From: Basidiobolus meristosporus CBS 931.73
Taxonomy: Eukaryota > Fungi > Basidiobolomycota
Reading direction: 5' to 3'
NCBI GenBank assembly: GCA_002104905.1
Contig: MCFE01000437.1
Span: forward strand, 11,217 to 75,216
Length of the DNA stretch: 64,000 nucleotides
Part shown: positions 53,721-63,163 of the stretch, piece by piece
How the letters are laid out: each line of letters starts with the position of its first letter
Numbering within the stretch: position 1 is the first letter of the stretch
Notes under the pieces: generated by a model
The model's input: only the letters and a program-made list of their open reading frames with translations
Told to the model about the DNA's origin: nothing
Databases searched by the model: none
Program-made: the position numbers and the translations under genes

Positions 53721-53931
53721 GAAATACAGAGGGGTGATTCTACCATGGAATATAGGAATTTCACAAGGCAAGGTAGAAAAACAAAATACCATTTGGTAAA
53801 TTGGTACAGTAGCATTATACAGAACTAGCTGTAGGCTGCCATACTGCCATTATAATGCCATCAGAGTCTTGCTGTGAGGCTATTGAAATACTGTCAAGAT
53901 TTTTGCCATATAAGGCACTTAGACTTGTTCC

Positions 53932-56900
53932 TGTTGTAAAAATTTGTATTTCCACCTAAATATTCACCTAACTTAGTCACTTAGATCATTACCTTCAAAT
54001 CCTAGAGAATACTGACCAAACTCCTTGTTGGGATTTACTTAGAATATTTTCACCAAAATACCAGGTACCCAGAACATGAAAATTCTCAAAGTTGTCCAAA
54101 CAGCCCCAAACTTTGCACACATGTTCTTGGGACCTTCCTTAACCTATTCTATGTGCTTGTAATGCCAAAACCAGGTAAAAGTATAAATACTACTTTTACA
54201 TTCAATAAATCATTAAGTGAACACCACATAATCTACTTGTCCTCCCAATCACTTCCAATATCTCCAAGACTCTTACAACAGGTTATGAGCCCCAAGCTGT
54301 CACTCTCTGCAATGTCTACTACTGCTATTACTGGAATTTTTCCCTCTGCTGAAAAGTTAGATGGATCTAACTACCAAGTGCGGAAGGTGAAGATGAAGAT
54401 GCTGCCACAAGAAAGAGGCCTTTGGGATATTGTCATGGGAGAAGAATGCCCTCCTAAAAATGTGGGAGAGGAAGCCTTAAAGTACCAGAAGAAAGAACAA
54501 AGTGCCCTTAACTGCATTTGCCTTAATGTTAAGGACAAATTGCTAATTCAATGCTCAAGAGCAAAAACGGCAAAGAATGCCTGGAAAGCATTAGAAGACA
54601 CCTACCAGTCATGTTCAGCTGCCAAGAAGATGTATCTGAGACAAAAATTCTTTACTACAACAATGCTTCCAGGAGAAGAAATGAAAAATCTAATTAACAG
54701 AATTACCCTGCTGGTAGATGAGATGGAATCTGTGGGTGTACCAACTACTGATGAGGATGTGATAGTTACCATCCTGAATAGCCTGACGGACAAGTTTCAG
54801 GGCCTTATATCAGCCCTAGAGTCCAGAACTGAAGATTTGACCTTAAATTATGTATATGGAAGGCTCCTGGATGAAGAATTAAGAAAAACAAGCACCAATA
54901 AGAAGGAAGAAGAAAATGCTTTAATAAGCAATGATAACCAACAAAGGAGGTACCCAAGACCCTACAAAGGCAACTGCAACCTGTTTTGAAACTACTGCAA
55001 AAGGAAAGGACACACATCAGACCGGTGTCTCAATAAGTAAGATAATCAGCAAAAGAAGCCTGAATATGGAAATGCTGCAACAACTGAAGATAGGCTATTC
55101 ATATCTGCACTAAATATGACCACAAACAAGGATTCTCAGACGTGGTATATTGACTCTGGAGCTTCTCAACACTTTACACACCAAAAAGAACTTTTTACCC
55201 AATATCAAGAAATTTCTGGATGCAGAATCACTGATCAAAATGGTGCCTGTATTGCTTTGGTTATCAGAGATCAGAATCTATACAAGTTGACTTATATTCC
55301 ATCATATTTGGAAGCCAATATAAGTAACTTAAGTGAAGAAACACCAATGCTTTGGCACAGGAGATTTGGACACATCAATTTTGATTATTTACACAAAATT
55401 ATCAAAGATCAGCTAATTCTGGAGTAAAAATTGATTCCTCAGCTAACTTGGAGCACTGTGAAGCCTGCATATATGGGAAACAAGCCAGACAACCATTCAA
55501 GAGCTCTGGACTAATCAAAACTAAGAAAAAATTAGATCTAATTCACTCAGATCTGTGTGGACCTATGCAAAATTTATCCTTAGGCGGGATGAAGTATTTA
55601 ATCACCTTTATTGATGATTATACAAGATACACATGGGTCTACTTCATGGAGAGAAAGGAAGAAGCTCTGTCTAAGCTCAGGGAGTTTAAAGCCATCATGG
55701 AGAGAGAAACTGGTGAAAAAATCAAGAAAAACGCTCTGACAATGGTGGAGAATATACCTCAAAACTCTTCATCCACTTCTGCAAAATTCATGGGATAAAG
55801 CAAGAGACTACTGTATGATTACAAATTATCCTATGATTTTTGGGCAGAATCAGTTGCCACTACTGTTTATCTTAAAAATAGGAGTTATAACAGAATACTT
55901 TGTGATTCTACTCCATTTGAAGCATGGTATGGATACAGACCAAGTGCAGAACATCTAAGAATATTTGGGTGTACAGTATATGCCAAAAAACTGGCCAGAA
56001 ATCAGTCAAAATTTGAGCCAAAAAGTGTAAAATGCATATTTTTGGGCTACTGCAATGAGAGTAAGGCATACAGACTCTACAATACCGAAGCAAAGAAGCT
56101 GATCAAGTCCAGGGATGTGTTGTTTGATGAAAATTCAAAATTTTCACGAAAAATGACATCAGATGATGACGAAAATTTGATCTCAAGTCCACCAATTGTC
56201 AGGATTGAATCAGAGCAAAACAATGAAAATTTTTTCACTCCAGAGGACTCTACAACCGTGGTTCAGCCAGAATCAGTGCCCAGGAATATCCCAGAAGTGA
56301 TCATTCCAGTATCAAATGCCCAGAGATCAAATCAGACAAGAAATAGCCCAAATTACTATATCAATGAGGGTACAAACTTAGCCTATGCCTATTCAGTCCA
56401 TATTGATGAACCCCAGACTGTAAAAGAGGCCCTAAATAGCCCACAGACAAAGCTTTGGAGATCTGCAATGACTGAGGAATATCAGGCCCTCATGGAAAAT
56501 CAAACTTGGGACTTAGTCAAATTACCAATCAACCAAAAATCAATTGGATGCAGATGGGTCTTCAAGACAAAATGCAAGGCTGATGGTACAATTGAAAGAT
56601 ACAAAGCAAGACTTGTAGCCAAAGGATACTCTCAAACAAAAGGACTTGACTATACTGAGACCTTTGCACTGGTAGCCAAGTTTAATTCCATCAGATTAAT
56701 TTTGGCTATTGCAGCAAAATATAAGTTTTTATTCATCAAATGGATGTCAAAACTGCATTTTTGAATGGAGAACTTGATGAGGACGTGTATATGGACCAGC
56801 CTGATGGGTTTGTTGACCAAGATAACCCCCATTTGGTCTACAAGCTTAAAAAGTCACTATATGGTCTCAAACAATCACCAAGAGCCTGGAATTGCAAGAT

Positions 56901-58338
56901 AGATTGTTATTTGGAATCTTTGAGTTTCAAAAGGAGTAATGCTGACTATAGTATATACTATAGGCCAGATAGAACAAATCCAGTTCTATTAGCTCTATAT
57001 GTGGATGATCTTATTATAGCCACCAATAACCTAGAAACATTGGAAGAGACTAAATCCAACCTATCTAAGGAGTTCAAGATGTCCGATCAAGGAGAACTCA
57101 GTTACTACTTAGGGATTAAGTTCTCCATAGACAGAAGTACCCAGACTATCACCCTAAGCCAATCCAAGTATATTCAAGATATACTAAAGAAGTACAAAAT
57201 GGAAGACTGTAAACCAGCAGCTACCCCAATGGAGACAAACCTTAACTTGGTCAAAACTCAACCAAATCAAGAGAGCTTGGTGCCATCTGAAAGCCCTGAC
57301 TTTCCTTATCAATCTATGGTCGGCATTCTGATATATATCATGCTTGGAACATATCCAGATAGCTCATATTCAGTGGGAGTTGTCAGACAACATAATCAGA
57401 ACTATGGATCTGATCATATTGCAGCAGTTAAGCAGATTTTTAGATACCTAAAAGGAACTGCTGATATCTGCTTAAGATACACTTATAAGGACTCAGAACA
57501 AGATCTTGTGGGATACTCTGATGCAGATTGGGGACGAAATTTAGAAGACAGAAGATCCACCACAGGATACACCTTTCTTTACTGTAAAGGAGCAATTTCA
57601 TGGAAGTCAAGAAAGCAACCAACCGTAGCACTTTCCACCACAGAGGCAGAGTATATGGCAGCCTGTGAAGCTACAAAAGTAGCAATGTGGTTAAGAAAGC
57701 TGTTTACAGATTTAGGCCTATGTCAAAAAATGCCTATTACTTTATTTCAAGATAATCAAGGATGTATACAATTAGGTAGAAATCCAACTTTTCATGCTAG
57801 AACCAAGCACATAGATATTGGACATCATTTCATACGTGAAGCTATAGAGAATAACTTAGTTAGCTTAGTTTACTGTCCTACAGATGAAATGATTGCAGAC
57901 ATATTTACCAAACCATTAGCTAGAGACAAGTTTGAATATCTTAGGTCAAAATTAGGACTAGTCAGTATGAACATTTAGCTGAGTGGGAGTGTTGTAAAAA
58001 TTTGTATTTCCACCTAAATATTCACCTAACTTAGTCACTTAGATCATCACCTTCAAATCATAGAGAATACTGACCAAATTCCTTGTCGGGATTTACTTAG
58101 AATATTTTCACTAAAATACCAGGTACCCAGAACATGAAAATTCTCAAAGTTGTCCAAACAGCCCCAAACTTTGCACACATGCTCTTGGGACCTTCCTTAG
58201 CCTATTCTATGTGTTTGTAATGCCAAGACCAGGTAAAAGTATAAATACTACTTTTACATTCAATAAATCATTAAGTGAAAACCACATAATATACTTGTCC
58301 TCCCAATCACTTCCAATATCTCCAAGACTCTTACAACA
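53932..58338 (+). mobile_element. Ty1/Copia family B, two 349-bp LTRs
   Basis: LTRs 53932-54280 and 57990-58338 (11 differences by eye); TSD GTTCC (53927-31 / 58339-43); PBS GGTTATGAGCCC 54281-92; PPT gagtgggag 57981-89. Confidence 0.95.
54312..57978 (+). pseudogene. Copia-B gag-pol with frameshifts and small deletions
   Basis: EKLDGSNYQV.K.KM; WYIDSGASQH; LWHRRFGH; HSDLCGP; YKARLVAKGYSQ; LYVDDLI; YSDADWG; HARTKHIDI. Confidence 0.92.
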
Positions 58339-59597
58339 GTTCCATTGTGCCATTGATCATGGCACCAGAAAGTGCTGTATATTTTGTTATTAATTGGATA
58401 CTTTAGGGTCATATGTATGTCAATTTTGATCCCAAATTGGCACTGTATGGCACCATCTGGCACTCTGTGGCATGATCAGGCACCATCTGGCATGCTGTGG
58501 CACTATTGGGCACTATGATCAGCTGGAATGATGGAACAAGTCTATTGAATGTCCTGGCCAGTTGGATCCATTCAAAATAGTTGTAGAGCACAACAAGACT
58601 GCATCAATGCCATGCAATTATTGTCACAGCACCAATCAAATCCTGTCAGGTTTTATAACTTTATTTGGCAGTAAAATTAGCAAAATGCTATTGTGATCCT
58701 GTCATAAGATTGTTAAGAGGGTCACTGATTCCAAGCTGTTGGTATTATGACAGTCTCTTGACAGGATCCTGAGGGCTGATCCAGATTGGATCCACCTGCA
58801 GGACCAAATTATTTCTCATAGGGAAAAGTCAAAAGATGTTGAAGATCCATTAAGCCGTTGAGTGCAATAATGAGGAGTGAGCCAATATGCAAGAGGCCAT
58901 CAGAAGTCTAGGACAACATCACCTTAAGTCCAGCATACCATGGGACCATCAGGAGCTCAAGGTCAAGCAGAATGAGCTTGACTTCTTCCATGAGCATTAT
59001 CCTGGATTCAAATGGGCAAACAGATTTTGGGCCAGCATTGGTATGCTAAGAAAGTATCTTAAGAATAGCAGAAGCTATCAAAGGCAGAAGAGCAAGGGTG
59101 CTATGGCTATAAATCAGCAGCTTCCTCAAGAGCCCATTTCAAGCAGGGCCAAAGGCTCCAAACAAGCATTAAAGAGATGTCAGGTAGCCAGAAGAGTGCC
59201 ACTAATGGACAAGCAGACAGACACAAATGCTCCAGTATAACATTTAACAAGGAAAAGGCATAGCACCACTCAAGAAGCACTCAGGTAAGGTAGCAGTGAA
59301 GGATCCGGCAGTGATAAAAACTAGCAGCTTTCTCAGGAGCCCATTACAACTGCAGCTGAGAGCTCAAAACAAGCAGTAAAGAAATATCAAGTTGCCAGGA
59401 GAGTGCCAGTAAGGGACAAGCAGGCCAAAGCAGATTTGTCAGAGCAGAATTATCAAGGAAAAAAATACAGTTCATTACAAGAAGCACTCAGGCAAAGTAG
59501 CAGTGAAAGACCTGGCAGTGATAAAGGAAAAGGTAATGGGAAAAATGTCTACCCAGGCCTGAGACAGGGAAGCATACAAGAAAAACTACAGCTCTCA

Positions 59598-60485
59598 GAT
59601 TTTTAGATACCTGAAAGGGACTGCTGATATCTGCTTAAGATACACTTATAAGGATTCAGAACAGGATCTTGTGGGATACTCTGATGCTGACTGGGGATGA
59701 AATTTAGAAGACACAAGATCCACCACAGGATACACCTTTCTTTACTGTCAAGGAGCAATTTCTTGGAATTCAAGAAAGCAACCAACCATAGCAATAGCCA
59801 CCACAGAGGCAGAGTATATGGCAGCCTGTGAAGCTACAAAAGTAGCAATGTGGCTAAGAATACTCTTTACAGACTTGGGCCTATGTCAAACAACACCTAT
59901 TACTTTATTACAAGATAATCCAGGATGTATACAATTAGGTAGAAATCCAACTTTTCATGCTAGAACTAAGCACATAGATATAAGGCATCATTTCATATGT
60001 GAAGCTATAGAGAACTACTTAGCTAGCTCAGTTTACTGTCCTTCAGATGAAATGATTACCAACATATTTACCACACCATTAGCTAGAGACAGGTTTGAAT
60101 ATCTTAAGTCAAAATTAGGACTAGTCAGTATGAGCATTTAGCTGAGTGGGAGTGTTGTAAAAGTTTGCAATTCCACCTAAATATTCACCTAACTTAGTCA
60201 CTTAGATCATCACCTTCAAATCCTAGAGAATACTGACCAAATTCCTTGTTGGGATTTGCTTAGAATATTTACCCAGAACATGAAAGTTAGATAAGCTGTC
60301 CAAACAGCCCCAAACTTTGCACACATGTTCTTAGGACCTTTCTAAGCCTATTTTACATGTTTGTTATGCCAAGACCATGTAAAAGTATAAATACTACTTT
60401 TACATTCAATTAATCATTAAGTGAAAACCACATATTCTACATGTCCTCCCAAATCACTTCCAACATCTCCAAGACTCTGACAACA
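59598..60485 (+). mobile_element. Copia-B 3' fragment (RH, PPT, 3' LTR 60153-60485)
   Basis: Colinear with 57434-58338; probable distal half of the copy whose proximal piece is 44795-45590. Confidence 0.85.
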
Positions 60486-60489
60486 ATGC

Positions 60490-60616
60490 TTTGGTGAGAA
60501 TATTCTAAGCAAATCCCAACAAGGAGTTTGGTTAATATTTTCTAGGATTTGAAGGTAATGATCTAAAGTGAGCAAGTTAGATAGGTATTTAGGTTGAATT
60601 ACAAACTTTTACAACA
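60490..60616 (-). repeat. Inverted partial Copia-B LTR (first ~127 bp)
   Basis: Reverse complement reads tgttgtaaaagtttgtaatt...ttagaatattctcacc, matching LTR start 60153-60270. Confidence 0.8.
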
Positions 60617-61067
60617 GCAGCAGGATTTAAGTGGCTATTTTGCAAGCACCAAATAGAGTCTGAGTCTTGGCTGCTACATATTTACAAATTCTCTACTTTA
60701 CCTGGCCCAATGTGCTGAGAGTATATAGGCTGTTAATGGAGTTAATGTGTGCAGGGACAGGACAAGTGAAATTGCAGGTACTTTCATACACAAATCTTGC
60801 TAGACATATCACTTCAAAGTTAGTAAATGGGAAGACCACATTAGGGTCGCACAGACTAGAAATTGCAGCAACACAAAACTGGCCAGGTTAGGGAATTTTC
60901 ACTTGAGATCAATCCTGGATGTTATTCCCCCCCCCCCCACTTGCATCCACCTATTGCAGTTGAAGAACATCCAGCAACCAGGCTGGACACTGTAATCCAA
61001 AGCACAAAATGGGACCCAACAAACCAGGCGTTGACTTACTACTCCCCACTACACTGTTGGTAATCGG

Positions 61068-61672
61068 AACCACCTTGGAATTCGGGACGGAAATACCAGC
61101 ATAATTAGGGTGAGATTATCCCTCGCCGGTTGCTCCCCATTTTGGAGCTGATGCCCATCTCTTTAGGAAATCGCCATCCAGAGCAGCTATACCAAACCGG
61201 GAGCAATCATCTGCTCGGTGGGCGGGGCCAGTCTCTGGGGGGTGCCCTGCTGGGGTTCAAGTCCCTCGGCCGGGCCAATGTCCCAGTATCGGCGGCGGAG
61301 ACGGTTGGCGCCGCATGCTTTCATGCATCTACGCTTGCCTACAGACATACAGTTCTCGATGAGGTGAGTACCAGGGCCGGTACCCTAGGCTGCCAGTATG
61401 TTGCCCAGGGAGTGTGGGAACTTGCGGTTGCGCATTCTGGTAAAGTCACCTCCTATTTTGTGACCTATGCGAAGGCCTTGAATGCTTGCAAATGGTTTCT
61501 CAATGATCACAACATCCTCGTCGAGCCTTCTTGCGGCGCCTTACTCGCGATTGTGTATCGACGAGAAGCGAAATTGTTGGAGGTGAAGGGACCGGTAACC
61601 GTGATCGCGCATGGCGACAAGTGGGTGTCTTTACAGTTGCTTGACAAATGGTCGCAGTTATTGGGCGTGTAA
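61068..61672 (+). pseudogene. L-serine/threonine dehydratase (PLP fold II, SDS/CHA1-like), 5'-truncated and frameshifted
   Basis: NHLGIRDGNTSIIR|intron 61110-61166|EIAIQ...KPGAIICSVGG then frameshift to LGGALLG..VPV.A.ETVGA.CF..S; LVEPSCGA.LA; VIAHGD where the family has VIVCGG; no N-terminal PLP-lysine (SFK.RG) found. Confidence 0.7.
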
Positions 61673-61977
61673 TGACATTCGCCAGCTTATCTCGACGATA
61701 CAGGTTTCTCCTGTGGCACTTCTCTCTTTGCAAGTGCAAACACATCCCCTCTGTGTTAGTTTGTAGTCGGACTCTTGGCCGCTCTTTGTAACCTGCGGTC
61801 TGACATTGTCCAACCTCTTAGCAGATCCAACGCTTGTCGTGTTTACCAAGTGGTCTCTACCATTCCAACCAATTCAACAGCATGCGCCCTCAGTGTTACG
61901 CAAAACAAAGCTATCTAGCGCGACTCGAGCCCACAGACATTACCACCGCCAATTTATTGTACAATTTCGAAAGAAGC

Positions 61978-62960
61978 CTACTTGCAATACCGATCCGATT
62001 TCAACTTCGAGCGTCTATCCAGAAGTGTCTCCGAGAAGTTCCCCTCCTTCTTGGCCTTCTTGAGCTCGCTCTTATCCTCCTTGGAGAGGACCACACGGCC
62101 AAGCCCCCAACTCTGGAATCTACGACTGCAGGAAGTGTTAGCCAGGCAAAAGGAGACCGGGCGGTCACGACTCGACTTACATGTTGTGATATTCGGCTTC
62201 CGTGGAGTTCTGAACCCCCTTCTCCTTGGTCTTGACCTTCTTCCGGGCGGAAGCCTGACACTTGACTCGGAAGACCTCGCAGAATCGGATCTCCTCCGAA
62301 TCCCCACGTAGCTTTCCCCCGGCCTCTTCGATGGAAAGGTACTTCCCGTGCACGTTCTGGAAGGAGATCCCGTCGTCCCGAAGAATGGGCGTCCAGTTTT
62401 CCTGAGGGCCTACCGCTTCGGAGTCGATACTGAGAACCCCCACTTTGTCGCAGGAGAGGTACTTCCCTGCGGAAGATTTGAAGGTGAACGCGTCCGAGCC
62501 AGGCACCCGACGTCCTACGAACACCTGGTGCACCTGGTCAGGCTCGATCTCCGCTATAGGCTGCTCTTGTGGTTGGGAAAGGATCTCCTCGCGGTCGTTC
62601 GTCCGAAGACAACGTACAGGCTCGCCGTTGAACAGAATAAATATGGGGCCCACCAATTCGTCCAGTTTGTCGACGAAAACCCAGCCTACAACGGAAGGTC
62701 AGAAAGGGGGGCGAAACCCGAGTGCTCTTTGGAGGTCGGTCAGTGGTCAGAGAATAGTTACCGGAATCGTTGGTGGTGCTCTCGATCTCTTCCTCCACCT
62801 CCTTGTTCTTTCTCTTCTTTTTTTTCCTACCAATAACAGGAGGAGTGGTTAGGGGGAGACGGGTTGAGGGGTTGAGGGGATGTGCTGCGCCTCCTTACTT
62901 CTTCTCCGGATCTCCCTTGAAGCTCAGCTTGTTGCTTTTGATCGCTTTGTACTCGGACAT
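61978..62960 (-). CDS. FRG1: FRG1-family protein (FSHD region gene 1 homolog), 4 exons: 62960-62899, 62826-62762, 62685-62181, 62125-61978; 259 aa
   Basis: Lys-rich N-terminus, fascin-like KSSAGKYLSCDK.G...DSEAVGPQENW repeat, C-terminus KKAKKEGNFSETLLDRRSKLKSDRYCK; GT-AG introns of 72, 76 and 55 nt splice in frame to 780 nt. Confidence 0.93.
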
Positions 62961-63111
62961 GGTTGGACTGAAGCCAAGGCGCTAGGGCTGGCGTTGACCT
63001 GAAGGGGATTCATTTATTCGGTTGATGTGTCAGGGCCCAACCGATCAATTAATCGGTAGATTATAAGTCAGGCAGGCAAAATCCACAGAAAGGGAGGCAC
63101 GTGAATGGCAT

Positions 63112-63163
63112 GATGGGATGGGATGGGATGGGATGTGGTGTGGTGTGGGATGTGGTGTGGGAT
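63112..63163. repeat. (GGGAT)n/(GTGGT)n pentamer microsatellite
   Basis: gatgggatgggatgggatgggatgtggtgtggtgtgggatgtggtgtgggat, directly after the Tsp2 stop codon. Confidence 0.85.

Larger units (their letters stand above)
53921..58543. mobile_element. Short (~215 bp) Pangu-family MITE split after base 11 of its TIR by Copia-B
   Basis: agacttgttcc | Copia | attgtgccattg...atggaacaagtct; flanks CTT/ATT; 10-bp GGCA array 58439-58515. Confidence 0.8.
47613..58823 (+). mobile_element. Complete CACTA/TRC-like element copy G (~5.85 kb after removing nested inserts)
   Basis: TIRs CCCTATGAAAAAC / TTTCTCATAGGG; AA on both flanks (compatible with a 2-bp TSD); divergent partner (-) and Tnp2 transposase (+). 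Confidence 0.85.
45591..59597 (-). mobile_element. CACTA copy F (minus orientation): right end and transposase 3' part 45591-47612, partner part 58824-59597; host of copy G
   Basis: Starts ccctataaaaataatttggtcctgc, the reverse complement of the right terminus; transposase C-terminal remnants; partner ORF 58887-59240; left end missing. Confidence 0.75.

Noticed and set aside
58439-58515. CRISPR-like array
   Set aside because: Units are 10 bp with no spacers, in a eukaryotic MITE; this is a subterminal motif array.
47613-58823. Fanzor/TnpB (OMEGA) nuclease in the CACTA or Pangu-like elements
   Set aside because: No RuvC DPG/E/D motifs or CxxC...CxxC-RDxNA signature in any partner frame examined.
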